Shown here piece by piece: positions 1 through 9,536 of a stretch of DNA of 64,000 nucleotides. Under the pieces are notes generated by a model. That model saw only the letters and a list, made by a program, of their open reading frames with translations. It was not told the origin of the DNA and ran no database searches. Positions within the stretch are counted from its first letter, which is position 1. Every line of letters begins with the position of its first letter. Position numbers and translations under genes: made by a program. The DNA comes from Thermoplasmata archaeon (GTDB taxonomy: Archaea; Thermoplasmatota; E2; UBA202; JdFR-43): contig JAGGZK010000049.1 in NCBI GenBank assembly GCA_021162065.1, positions 11,952-75,951 on the forward strand, in the 5' to 3' direction.

Positions 1-1
1 A

Positions 2-1030
2 GTGGTGGAGAGGATATGGTATTTTGGAGACGGAAATGGCTCCGTGGATAAGAATCCCACTCATGCCTATGCAAGGCCAGGCACCTACACCGTCACCCTT
101 GTGGTGGTGTGGAACATAAGCGGAAATAAAACGGCCGATGTGGCAACAAAAAATGTCACCGTCCAGAACAGGGCGCCCGTCGCCAATGCGGGGCCTGACC
201 AGGTGCTGGCTACGAAGACAGTGAAACTGAATGGGAGTTTGAGTTATGATCCCGATGGGGAGATCGTCTCCTATGTATGGAGTTTTGGAGACGGAACCAT
301 GGGGAATGGTAAGGTGGTGCAGCACACCTATGCATCGGATGGCGTCTACATTGTCAGCCTCAATGTTACCGACGACTATGGAGCATATTCGGAGGATAGC
401 TGCCAGATAACCATAGACAGCTCGGCCCCCCATACCACCGCCCAGATTAATGGTACGGAGGGCAGCAATGGATGGTATACAAGCGATGTGAAGGTGAAAC
501 TGGTGGTCAATGAAACGGTGAGCGGCGTGAATGCCACCTTCTACAGGATAGATGAGGGCAACTGGACGTTATACGAGGGGCAGTTCAACATCACGGGAGA
601 GGGCATCCATCTTCTGGAATTCTATTCAGATGACAATGCGGGAAATGTAGAGGAGGTTCAGTCCGTCACCGTCAAGATAGATAAAACCGCTCCCCAGGTT
701 GACATACTAACGCCTCAGGAGAAGAAGATTTACATATTCGGCAGGGGCATACTTCCCACCTTCAAGAGGACATTCATCATAGGGAGAATTACCGTGCAGG
801 TGAATGCTGTTGACAACCTCATGATGGACCAGGTTAAGTTCTTTGTGAATGATGAAATAATGGAGAATGACTCAACACCCCCATATGAGTGGGTGTGGGG
901 CGGCTCCATAGGCTCCAAGACTCTGAAGGTAAGCGGCTATGATGAGGCAGGGCATGAGACGAGTAAAGAAATGGACGTGTTTATAATAAGCTTCTTCAAA
1001 CCCAGAGGCACAAATCTGAGTATGGCTTAG
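2..1030 (+). CDS. PKD-domain surface protein, C-terminal fragment (5' end outside window); ends with an OmpL47-like beta-barrel plus Ig-like domain
   Basis: Open frame from the window edge. PKD signatures 'NAGPDQ' and 'DPDGEIVSYVWSFGDGT'. The C-terminal ~150 aa is paralogous to the C-terminus of the 16317..18779 protein. Confidence 0.6.
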   Translation: MVERIWYFGDGNGSVDKNPTHAYARPGTYTVTLVVVWNISGNKTADVATKNVTVQNRAPVANAGPDQVLATKTVKLNGSLSYDPDGEIVSYVWSFGDGTMGNGKVVQHTYASDGVYIVSLNVTDDYGAYSEDSCQITIDSSAPHTTAQINGTEGSNGWYTSDVKVKLVVNETVSGVNATFYRIDEGNWTLYEGQFNITGEGIHLLEFYSDDNAGNVEEVQSVTVKIDKTAPQVDILTPQEKKIYIFGRGILPTFKRTFIIGRITVQVNAVDNLMMDQVKFFVNDEIMENDSTPPYEWVWGGSIGSKTLKVSGYDEAGHETSKEMDVFIISFFKPRGTNLSMA

Positions 1031-1042
1031 ACGGAAGGCAAA

Positions 1043-2215
1043 ATGCACGAGGAAGTCAATAAACTTTTCCAGTTTAAATTATGCGATTCATGTCTCGGCA
1101 GACAGTTCGCCAAACTGTGGCATGGGATGACCAATGAAGAGAGGGGAAGGAAGATAAGGGAGGAGCACGGCCTGAAAGAGATTCCACCCGAGGAATGCTG
1201 GCTGTGCGAGGGGATAATGGGCGAGATGGACAAATTCGCCTCCTTGGTGGTGGATGCCCTGTCAGACTATGAGTTCAACACCTTTCTTGTGGGATGCAGG
1301 GTTGATGAGGATATAATCGAGAGGGAGGAGAGAATAGCAACGCAGTACAGCGAATCCATAAAGAGGGAGATAAACAGGGAGGTGGGAAAGAAGGTTTACT
1401 CCTTCATTGAGAAACCCGTGGAGTTTGTGCGCCCCGACATAGTCGCCATAATAGACACATCCTACGATACCGTTGAACTGGATGTGAGGCCCGTCTTCAT
1501 ATACGGGAGATACAGGAAACTGGTGAGGGGCCTACCCCAGACAAAATGGTACTGCAGGAAATGCCATGGAAAGGGGTGTGAGTACTGCAATTTCAAGGGA
1601 AAAATGTATGAGGAGAGTGTGGAGGAGATAATAGCAGCCGAGCCTCTTCGCATATTTCAGGCGAAGGAAGAGGAATTCCACGGGGCAGGAAGGGAGGACA
1701 TAGACGTGAGAATGCTGGGCAATGGAAGACCCTTCATTCTGGAATTGAAGGAACCTCGCAAAAGAAATGTGGATATTGAGAAAGTGGAGAAGGCCATAAA
1801 CGAATTCGCCGCCGGAAAGGTGGAGGTGGTTTCCCTTAGATACGCCTCAAGGAATGAGATAGAGATGCTGAAATCCGCCAAATACCCGAAAACATACAGG
1901 GTGGTCGTTGGCTTTGAGGAGAAGGGAAAAATTAATGAAGCAGTTAATGCATTAAGGAGTAGTATAATTGAGCAAAGAACACCCCGAAGGGTGGCTCACA
2001 GAAGGGCCGACAAGGTTAGACGTAGGAAGGTAATCGATATAAGGGTGGAAGAGATGAAGGAAAATGAGGCAACGCTGGTGATAAAGGCGGAATCAGGCAC
2101 ATACATAAAGGAACTCATAACGGGAGATGAAGGAAGAACCGTCCCTTCTTTAAGCCATCTGGCGGGTGTTGATATGGAAGTGAAAATGCTGGATGTAATT
2201 GAAATAGGTGATTGA
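1043..2215 (+). CDS. pus10: tRNA pseudouridine synthase Pus10 (archaeal)
   Basis: 390 aa with an N-terminal CxxC...CxxC zinc finger ('CDSCLGRQF...CWLCEG'). The length and position upstream of rpl21e fit the conserved archaeal arrangement. Assigned from motif recall, not a search. Confidence 0.55.
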   Translation: MHEEVNKLFQFKLCDSCLGRQFAKLWHGMTNEERGRKIREEHGLKEIPPEECWLCEGIMGEMDKFASLVVDALSDYEFNTFLVGCRVDEDIIEREERIATQYSESIKREINREVGKKVYSFIEKPVEFVRPDIVAIIDTSYDTVELDVRPVFIYGRYRKLVRGLPQTKWYCRKCHGKGCEYCNFKGKMYEESVEEIIAAEPLRIFQAKEEEFHGAGREDIDVRMLGNGRPFILELKEPRKRNVDIEKVEKAINEFAAGKVEVVSLRYASRNEIEMLKSAKYPKTYRVVVGFEEKGKINEAVNALRSSIIEQRTPRRVAHRRADKVRRRKVIDIRVEEMKENEATLVIKAESGTYIKELITGDEGRTVPSLSHLAGVDMEVKMLDVIEIGD

Positions 2216-2507
2216 GATGAGAAGGTCTAGGGGATTTAGGAGTAAAAGCCGCGGAAAAATGACCAAAAGGATAAGAAAGGGCATGTCCAACGTGATTACG
2301 AGAGCGATGCAGGAGTATGAGGAAGGAGAGAAGGTGGCAATAGTTATAGACCCGTCGGTGCACAAGGGCATGCCGCATCCGAGATATCACGGACTTACAG
2401 GAGAGATAGTCGGAAAGCAGGGGAGGGCTTACATAGTCAAAATAAGGGACAGAAAGAAAATAAAGCATCTGCTTTCCTATCCGGAGCATCTGAGGAAGGT
2501 AACATGA
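2208..2507 (+). CDS. rpl21e: 50S ribosomal protein L21e
   Basis: 99 aa, 'RSRGFRSKSRGKM...KGMPHPRYHGLTGEIVG' matches the L21e family pattern. It is followed by the conserved rpoF-DUF655-ksgA neighbours. Confidence 0.85.
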   Translation: MIEMRRSRGFRSKSRGKMTKRIRKGMSNVITRAMQEYEEGEKVAIVIDPSVHKGMPHPRYHGLTGEIVGKQGRAYIVKIRDRKKIKHLLSYPEHLRKVT

Positions 2508-2815
2508 AGATAATGCTGATATCTGAGGTTAAGGAAATGCTATCCAAACTGAGCGAGGAACAGGAGTTGAACAGAGAGCAGAAGATAGCGCTGGAGCACA
2601 GCGAGAGGGTCGCCCGCCTTCCCCCGGAGAAGGCGAGGGAACTTGTGGAGCGGCTCATGGAGATAGGGAAGGTGGAGGAGAAGCAGGCATGCAAGATGGC
2701 GGATTTACTGCCGGAGGACAGGGAGGAGGTTGTGGCAATCTTCGCCAAGGAGACATATATTCCGTCTGAGGAGGAGATAGAGCAGATTCTGGAGGTAATA
2801 AGGGAGTATCTTTAA
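2504..2815 (+). CDS. rpoF: DNA-directed RNA polymerase subunit Rpo4/F
   Basis: 103 aa acidic helical protein in the conserved position between rpl21e and the DUF655 gene. Start overlaps the rpl21e stop (ATGA). Confidence 0.6.
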   Translation: MKIMLISEVKEMLSKLSEEQELNREQKIALEHSERVARLPPEKARELVERLMEIGKVEEKQACKMADLLPEDREEVVAIFAKETYIPSEEEIEQILEVIREYL

Positions 2816-2824
2816 GGAGGGGAA

Positions 2825-3379
2825 ATGGAGGATTATGTTTATATTCTGGATTATTTACCAACAGGACGTGTTGGACACAGAAGGGGCGCCATCGCCTATG
2901 GCATAGGGGAGAGCCAGTTTACCCTCCTTGAACTCATTCCGAAGCCCGATGTAACTCTCTCCATAGGGGAAAGGATATACGTGGGAAAGGAACTGGAGAA
3001 AAGAGAAAAGATAGCGAAGGTCAAGGGAAGGGTGAATTACGATGACCTCACCCCGACCGCCCACGGAGAAATGCTGTATGTGATACAGGAGATAGTGGAA
3101 AAGAATGAGGACAGATTTGTGAAATTTTTCAATGAGGCGCCCGCCATCACAACGCGCTTCCATTCCTTGGAGTTGCTTCCTGGTCTTGGCAAAAAAACGA
3201 TGCTGGAGATACTGGATGAGAGAAAGAAGCAGCCCTTCAAAAGTTTTGAGGATATAAAAAACAGAGTGAAGAGCATTCATGCCCCCGAGAAAATAATAGC
3301 AAAGAGGATACTGGATGAACTTGAAAACCCGAATGAAAAGTACCGCCTTTTCACCAGGCCTCCCCTCATAAAAAGATGA
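2825..3379 (+). CDS. DUF655-family RNA-binding protein (HhH motif)
   Basis: 184 aa. 'LELLPGLGKKTMLEILDER' is helix-hairpin-helix-like. Position between rpoF and ksgA is conserved in archaea. Confidence 0.6.
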   Translation: MEDYVYILDYLPTGRVGHRRGAIAYGIGESQFTLLELIPKPDVTLSIGERIYVGKELEKREKIAKVKGRVNYDDLTPTAHGEMLYVIQEIVEKNEDRFVKFFNEAPAITTRFHSLELLPGLGKKTMLEILDERKKQPFKSFEDIKNRVKSIHAPEKIIAKRILDELENPNEKYRLFTRPPLIKR

Positions 3380-4119
3380 GGCTGAGCCAGAATTTTCTCA
3401 TAGACGAAAGGGTGGCGGAAAGACAGATAAGATATGCCGATTTGAAAAGCACGGATAGGGTTCTGGAGGTTGGCCCGGGCAACGGCATTCTCACCAGAAA
3501 AATGGCTCAGGTGGCAAGGGTCATAGCCATAGAAATAGATGCTTCCTTAGCCAAAAAACTGGAGGGATTGAAAAATGTGGAGGTGATTAACGAGGATGCC
3601 ATGAAGGTTGATTTTTCCTCACTGGATTTCAATAAAATTGTGTCGAACATACCATATCACATCTCCTCCCCCCTCACCTTCAAATTTCTGGATGAAACCT
3701 TTGATGTGGCCATCCTGATGTACCAGAAGGAGTTTGCGGAAAGAATGGTTGCCTCCCATGGAAGCAAAAAGTATTCCCGTCTTTCCGTCATGGTTTACCA
3801 GAAGGCGGACTGCAGAATTCTCGAAAATGTGCCGCGAACCGCCTTTCGCCCCGTGCCCAAGGTGGACTCCTGCATAGTTGAGATGAAACCCGTGGGAAAA
3901 AGATTTGATGTGGATGATGAGATATTTGACAGGGTTGTGGCATCCCTCTTCTCCCATCGCAGGAAAAAGATAAAGAATGCCCTCATGATTGACGGAATAA
4001 TAGATGAAGAGATGGTGGTGGCGAGGCTTCCTTTCATGGATGAAAGGGTGGAACACCTCTCCCCTGAGCAGATAGCAGAACTCTGCAGAAAACTGGAGGT
4101 GTTGAATGAAGGTGTTTGA
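3376..4119 (+). CDS. rsmA: 16S rRNA (adenine1518/1519-N6)-dimethyltransferase RsmA/KsgA
   Basis: 'QNFLID', SAM-binding 'VLEVGPGNGILT', and 'NIPYHISSP' (the KsgA NxPY motif). Confidence 0.85.
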   Translation: MRLSQNFLIDERVAERQIRYADLKSTDRVLEVGPGNGILTRKMAQVARVIAIEIDASLAKKLEGLKNVEVINEDAMKVDFSSLDFNKIVSNIPYHISSPLTFKFLDETFDVAILMYQKEFAERMVASHGSKKYSRLSVMVYQKADCRILENVPRTAFRPVPKVDSCIVEMKPVGKRFDVDDEIFDRVVASLFSHRRKKIKNALMIDGIIDEEMVVARLPFMDERVEHLSPEQIAELCRKLEVLNEGV

Positions 4120-5053
4120 AAAGGTGGACGCCGTTATTGTAAAAACGCCGGATGCCAGCTTTTTCTATTTCACGGGACTGGAGGGAACATGGGAATCCAG
4201 CTATGCCATCGTTTTTCCAGATGCCGTGGAGGTGGTGGCCCCGCCGCTGGAAAGGGGAAGGGCACACTTCTACACCAGCAGAAGGGAGATGGAGGCACTG
4301 CTTAAGGAGCTGGCAACAGCAGAGAAAATCGGGTTCAACTCCCGCGGTTTATCCCATGCCGATTATCTTTATCTGAAGAAGATTATTGGAGGAAAATGGA
4401 TTGATGTTGGAAAGGAAATTATGGAGGCGAGGGTGGTTAAGAGAAAAAGCGAGGTGGCCCTCATAAGAAGGGCATGCAGGGAGACGAAAAGGATAATGGA
4501 ATCCCTCTCCATGGAGGGCAAAAGCGAGGCGGAGGTGGCGGCAGAGGCGGAATATGAGATGAGGAAACGGGGCATGAAGGCTGCCTTCGATACCATAGTG
4601 GCCTTTGGAAAAAACTCGTCATCTCCCCACCATACCGCGGGCAAAAAAAGATATGCCACACCCGCCATACTCGATATGGGGGCAAGATACAGAAACTACT
4701 GCTCCGACATAACGAGAACTTTTGTGGAGAGAAGGGGCAGAAAAATATACGAAATTGTGGAAGAAGCGCTTAACATTGCCATAGATGAGATGATGGAGGG
4801 AGTTAAAGCATCTGAAGTGGTGAAAAAGGTGGAGGATTTTCTCAAAAAACATGGCCACGGGATGAGACATTCCCTGGGCCATTCCATAGGGATAGAGGTG
4901 CACGACGGCTTTTCCCTCTCCTCCGCCTCCAACTTCATTCTGAAGGAAAACATGGTTTTTGCCGTGGAGCCGGCGATATACACGGCAGGGATGGGCGTGA
5001 GAATTGAGGAGGATGTCATTGTAAAAAAGGGGAAGGCGGAAATAATCAGATAA
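4106..5053 (+). CDS. M24-family metallopeptidase (Xaa-Pro dipeptidase/aminopeptidase P-like)
   Basis: Pita-bread fold motifs 'HSLGHSIGIEVHD' and 'AVEPAIY..G.GVRIEEDV'. 315 aa. Confidence 0.75.
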   Translation: MKVFEKVDAVIVKTPDASFFYFTGLEGTWESSYAIVFPDAVEVVAPPLERGRAHFYTSRREMEALLKELATAEKIGFNSRGLSHADYLYLKKIIGGKWIDVGKEIMEARVVKRKSEVALIRRACRETKRIMESLSMEGKSEAEVAAEAEYEMRKRGMKAAFDTIVAFGKNSSSPHHTAGKKRYATPAILDMGARYRNYCSDITRTFVERRGRKIYEIVEEALNIAIDEMMEGVKASEVVKKVEDFLKKHGHGMRHSLGHSIGIEVHDGFSLSSASNFILKENMVFAVEPAIYTAGMGVRIEEDVIVKKGKAEIIR

Positions 5054-5082
5054 TCTTATATCCAAGCTGCCATTCAATTTCC

Positions 5083-5760
5083 ATGAAGAATCTTGATGAC
5101 ATCCTCTCTGCCATAGAGGAAGAACTGAACGAGAAGGATGACCTGAGAGAGGAGACGCTCAAAAACTGCAGGGAGATCATAAGAAACAGCAGAAAGGGCA
5201 TAAAGAGCATTCATGAGGGGAATATGGAGGAGGCGAGAGAATATATGAACGAGGCGGGCAAAATTCTCAAGGCAACCAGAAAAAAAATAGAGAGGCATCC
5301 CGACATACTGACTGCTGGCTATATGGAAAATGCGATGCAGGAGGTGGCGGAGGCGGAGATATTCATGGCAATAATGGAGGATAGAGATATACCACCTCCC
5401 GAAGCCATAAATGTGAGCAGCACATCATACCTTCTTGGCTTAGCGGATGTGGTGGGGGAGCTGAGGAGAAGAGGCGTATATCTCATGAAGAGCGGAAACA
5501 TAGGAGAGGTGGAGGAAATACTGGGAATGATGGAGGAGATATGCGACAGGGTGGGGGAGTTTGACTACCCCTCTGGCCTTCTTCCCATAAAGAGGAAGCA
5601 GGATGTCATAAAGAAGGTGCTGGAAAAGATGAGGGGAGAGGTGGCCATATTCAAGAAAACAAGGGAACTGGAAAGCAAGATGGAGGCACTGCTCAGAAAA
5701 ATGAAGGGAAAGGGGGAAGGGGAGGAAGGGGAGGCGATGGATATCGATTCAATCCTCTGA
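5083..5760 (+). CDS. Translin-family protein (tentative)
   Basis: 225 aa helical protein with an acidic C-terminal tail. Family assignment is from recalled archaeal translin-like features and is weak. Confidence 0.3.
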   Translation: MKNLDDILSAIEEELNEKDDLREETLKNCREIIRNSRKGIKSIHEGNMEEAREYMNEAGKILKATRKKIERHPDILTAGYMENAMQEVAEAEIFMAIMEDRDIPPPEAINVSSTSYLLGLADVVGELRRRGVYLMKSGNIGEVEEILGMMEEICDRVGEFDYPSGLLPIKRKQDVIKKVLEKMRGEVAIFKKTRELESKMEALLRKMKGKGEGEEGEAMDIDSIL

Positions 5761-6921
5761 ATAAACCAGCTCTCCCTCTTTAATGACCTTCCTTACCATA
5801 TTCACCCCTATCTTGTAGGGGATAAATTTATGAGATGCTACATTCGTTATGAGAACATCTCCCTTCTTTCCCCGCTCTATGCTTCCCACTTCCCCATCCC
5901 TTTTTATTGCCTTCGCAGCATTGATTGTCGCCGCTCTCAATGCCTCCAGGGGCATCATTCCCATCTTGTAGCATGCAAGCTGAACAATGAACTGCATGTT
6001 TGCCACATAGCAGTTGGGATTGAAGTCCGTGGCAAGAGCGATGGTGAGGCCGATTTCCTTCATCCTTCTGGCATCTGGGTATGAGGTGTTGAGGACAAAG
6101 GGAGTGGCCGGAAGAAGTGTGGCCACCACGCCCGCCCCGGCAAGCGTTTTCATCTCTTCCTCCCCAGCCATAAGAAGATGGTCGGCCGAGACAGCATTTA
6201 TCTCTGCTGCCATCCTGCTGCATCCGATGCATGAAAACTCGTCGGCATGGATTTTGGGCAGCATCCCGTATTCCCTTCCCTTCATGAGGATTCTCCTTGA
6301 TTGCTCCACATCGAAATAGCCCTTCTCGCAGAAAACATCGCAGAACTCCGCCAGTTTCCTTTTCCCCACCTCAGGTATTATCTCCGAAATTATCTCCTCC
6401 GTGTACTCTTCTGCCTCTCTCCCGGAAGGAATGGCATGGGCGAGGAATGTTGGAACTACGTCCATTTTTGTTTTCCTTTTCACCTCCTGAATCGCTTCCA
6501 GCATCTTTATCTCCGTTTCCCTGTCCAGTCCATAACCACTTTTTATCTCCACCGTGGTTGTTCCGTGGGAAAGCATTTCCCTCAGCCTCTCCTCCATCTG
6601 TTTCACCAGTTCTTCCTTACTCGCCCTTCTTGTTTCCTTTACCGTGTATAATATTCCCCCTCCCATCTCCGCAATCTCACTGTAGCTCTTCCCCTCAATC
6701 TTCCACTCAAGTTCGAACTCTCTGCTTCCGGCAAAGACGGTGTGGGTGTGGGGGTCAATAAAGCCGGGCATTACAAATTTGCCTTCCGCATCTATCACCT
6801 CATCGGCCCTCTCCCTCACCCCTATGCTCTCTATCCTCCCCTCCTTTATGTGAATGCACGTATCCCTTATTATCCTGTGGCCGTCAAAAAGTTCCCCTAT
6901 GTTATCAATGAGGATTTCCAT
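5749..6921 (-). CDS. hutI: Imidazolonepropionase (amidohydrolase superfamily)
   Basis: 'PGFIDPHTHTVFAGSREFELEWKIEGKSYSEI' is the HutI N-terminal metal-binding signature. 390 aa. Confidence 0.8.
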   Translation of the reverse strand: MEILIDNIGELFDGHRIIRDTCIHIKEGRIESIGVRERADEVIDAEGKFVMPGFIDPHTHTVFAGSREFELEWKIEGKSYSEIAEMGGGILYTVKETRRASKEELVKQMEERLREMLSHGTTTVEIKSGYGLDRETEIKMLEAIQEVKRKTKMDVVPTFLAHAIPSGREAEEYTEEIISEIIPEVGKRKLAEFCDVFCEKGYFDVEQSRRILMKGREYGMLPKIHADEFSCIGCSRMAAEINAVSADHLLMAGEEEMKTLAGAGVVATLLPATPFVLNTSYPDARRMKEIGLTIALATDFNPNCYVANMQFIVQLACYKMGMMPLEALRAATINAAKAIKRDGEVGSIERGKKGDVLITNVASHKFIPYKIGVNMVRKVIKEGELVYSED

Positions 6922-6956
6922 GGAGATAATATGTAATGGCTAAATAAAGAATATGC

Positions 6957-7631
6957 TCATCTCCAGAAGGCATGGACAGCAAAGAGGATGACAAGGAATA
7001 TGAGACCCAACTTGGTTATGAGGATGCTTTCATTCCTCTTCTTCGCACTCCATCCGTAGTCATCGAGGCGATAGAATAAAAGCCATCCGTACTGACTGAA
7101 GAAGGCAAATAGAGATAGCAGGATCGCCTCTATCCATGCCCTTGTGCTGGAAAATGCTTCCGCGACATCCGCATTATAAAAATATCCCATCTGAACATAG
7201 AAGGAGCCGATGACAAGAAACATGGCGCCGAAGGCCATCTGGGACTCATGATGTATGAGCCCCTCTGCATACAGGGAAACGAGAGCCCCTATGACGGAGA
7301 AGAGGATGACGGGCCATCCCGTTTCAATGGCGAGGTATGCCATTATGGAAAGAAGTATGATGAGGGAGACAATCAGCAAAATCTTAAGAGTGTTCTTGCT
7401 CAGGGTATGCCTCGCCTCTATGTCATAATGATAGAGGTCGTGGATGGTGTGGGCAAGCACGTAATGAGCAAGGAAGCCACCAAAGGAGGTGAGAACAACG
7501 CCTATAATGTAGATGTCATCGATGAAAAGGGCGGCGAAAAAGGAGCCGAGAAGGGGAAAGAAGCCACCTGTGATTATGGAAGTAAATAGGGTGAAAGGCG
7601 AGAGCATTCCCTTCTGCTCAATTGCCATCAA
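6957..7631 (-). CDS. Polytopic membrane protein, possibly a UbiA-like prenyltransferase relative (uncertain)
   Basis: Six to seven predicted TM helices. Start overlaps the stop of the GGPP synthase gene. No clear NDxxDxxxD motif. Confidence 0.35.
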   Translation of the reverse strand: MMAIEQKGMLSPFTLFTSIITGGFFPLLGSFFAALFIDDIYIIGVVLTSFGGFLAHYVLAHTIHDLYHYDIEARHTLSKNTLKILLIVSLIILLSIMAYLAIETGWPVILFSVIGALVSLYAEGLIHHESQMAFGAMFLVIGSFYVQMGYFYNADVAEAFSSTRAWIEAILLSLFAFFSQYGWLLFYRLDDYGWSAKKRNESILITKLGLIFLVILFAVHAFWR

Positions 7632-8611
7632 ACCACCATATCCACATTGCTTATCATGGCGTTTACTATATACGCCGGTGCCTCCTTCAGAAGTTCCTTA
7701 TATGGAGTGTCAGGTATGAGCGGAGAGGAGGCAAGTTCGACGGCGCTGGCAATTCTCTTCCTTATCTCCTCCAGATACACCTTCTTGAGATCAAATCCAT
7801 TCTTGGACAGCACCTCTTCCAGAATATGGGTACCGTTCTCCTTCAGCATTTCCAGAAGTTCCCTCCTTATATTCTTGCCATACGCCCTTATGAGAGGGAT
7901 TATTATTCCTTCCTCCAGCTTCCCATTGGCTATGTCAACAAGGTCGTCAGCCAGCTGGTACGCCATGCCGACCTCTCTCCCGTAAAGCCTCATGAGTTCC
8001 CTCAACTCCTCATTCGCCTTCGCCTCTATGGCGCCCGCCCTGCAGGCGGTGGCGAAGAGGGAGGCGGTCTTCATCTCTATGATTTTGAAATATTCCTGGA
8101 GCAACTTCTCCGGCTCATGCCCGTTGAGAAAATCCTCAAGATGGGCATTGAGATCTATATCCTTTAGCTGGCCTATGAGCGTCTCCTCCCAGGTGTTCAG
8201 AAAAATCCATGCGTTCTCCATTCCATGAGAAAGGGAGATTCTGAAGGCCGTACTTATCATTTTATGGCCTGTGAGGATGGCCGTTCCAAGCCCCTTAACC
8301 ACATGAAGGGCCAGTTTGCCCCTCCTCTCATCATCCCCATCCATTATGTCATCATGAATGAGGGAAGCAGAGTGAGCAAGCTCCATGCCCATGGCACTCT
8401 CAAGGGCATATCTGTAATATTCATCCGCCCCATCGCATGCTCTGAACGAAAGCATAAGCATGGCAGGACGGAGCATCTTTCCGCCCTCAAGAGCATAGAG
8501 CATGTCCTCGTCATGTATATTATGCTCTATCTCCCTCCACACCTCTTCCTGAACCTCCCTGAAGAATTCCTGAAAGGTTATGGTTCTGGATTTTAAGGGC
8601 ATGAAATCCAA
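7628..8611 (-). CDS. idsA: Geranylgeranyl diphosphate synthase (trans-polyprenyl synthetase family)
   Basis: First Asp-rich motif 'LIHDDIMDGDDERRGK' and second motif 'YQLADDLVD'. Confidence 0.85.
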   Translation of the reverse strand: MDFMPLKSRTITFQEFFREVQEEVWREIEHNIHDEDMLYALEGGKMLRPAMLMLSFRACDGADEYYRYALESAMGMELAHSASLIHDDIMDGDDERRGKLALHVVKGLGTAILTGHKMISTAFRISLSHGMENAWIFLNTWEETLIGQLKDIDLNAHLEDFLNGHEPEKLLQEYFKIIEMKTASLFATACRAGAIEAKANEELRELMRLYGREVGMAYQLADDLVDIANGKLEEGIIIPLIRAYGKNIRRELLEMLKENGTHILEEVLSKNGFDLKKVYLEEIRKRIASAVELASSPLIPDTPYKELLKEAPAYIVNAMISNVDMVV

Positions 8612-8698
8612 ATAGCATTTTAGTATAAGTATTTAACCAATCAAAAATAGAATTATAAAAAGAAAAGAAGGGGAAGAGAGGAGGATGTAGGGGGCAAA

Positions 8699-9412
8699 TC
8701 AGCGTGCCCAGATGCCGTTTATGTGCATCACCATAATCCATCCATCATGCATCACTCCATCAACTGTAACATCACTGCCCTCCAGTCCAGCAAACTCCTC
8801 GTACATTCTCTCCAGCAATCCATCTCCGTCTATATCGCTTCTTGAATAGCCTCTCTTGATCCCTAACTCATAGCCATTCACGTAAAAGCTGCCGTTTATG
8901 TTCTCCAGTGTGCCCTCTATGGTGACAACATCCACATCCCTCGGCACTCTGAACCATATTCCGTTTATGTGACTCACATAGAGGGTGCCGTTGTTCAGCA
9001 TTCCATTAACAACGACGTGGCTGCCCTCCAGTCCTTCCAGTTCCTCCCATATCTGCTCATAGACGCCATCCCCGTCATAGTCGCTCCTTGCCAGCATGTT
9101 GAGAAAAGCATCATCGCCGAAGTACAGAGATGTGTTATTTACGTAATAGATCCCATTCACATTCTCAAGTGTTCCTTCAACCCTTGTGATTTCCAGCATA
9201 TGTCTGGCGACATGCTGCCACGCGTGCTGCTGCATCTGCATCCCTCTTCCATGTCCTCGAGCCATCAATCTGCCCAGCATATGTCTCCATTTAGCCATCT
9301 TGCCCGCTGCGTCGTCTCCTCCACTAGCATCTATTCCATTTATTCCGGCCTCCACCAGTGCCACCATCCCTATGATGGCGACAAGGGCGATAGCCATATA
9401 CCATCTCTTCAT
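8699..9412 (-). CDS. Secreted protein with internally duplicated DxDGDG-containing module and a His-rich segment
   Basis: Signal peptide 'MKRWYMAIALVAIIGMVALVEA'. Two ~80-aa repeats ('EGTLEN(V/I)NG..YV.....DGDG...E...LEGS.V.V.G...G...V.HINGIW'). Confidence 0.5.
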   Translation of the reverse strand: MKRWYMAIALVAIIGMVALVEAGINGIDASGGDDAAGKMAKWRHMLGRLMARGHGRGMQMQQHAWQHVARHMLEITRVEGTLENVNGIYYVNNTSLYFGDDAFLNMLARSDYDGDGVYEQIWEELEGLEGSHVVVNGMLNNGTLYVSHINGIWFRVPRDVDVVTIEGTLENINGSFYVNGYELGIKRGYSRSDIDGDGLLERMYEEFAGLEGSDVTVDGVMHDGWIMVMHINGIWAR

Positions 9413-9536
9413 TTTTTATCACCGGCAAAAGAGCATGCCATTATTTATATCGATTTACCAGATTTGTTACAAAATCATTCCCAAATCATTCCCAAATTTT
9501 TACCAGAAAAGTTAAAAATAAAAGAGGGAGAGGGAA

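Noticed and set aside
6297-6761. Pro/Ser-rich + strand ORFs (154 and 116 aa) inside the hutI region
   Set aside because: Fully antisense to hutI. Composition typical of reverse-frame artefacts.
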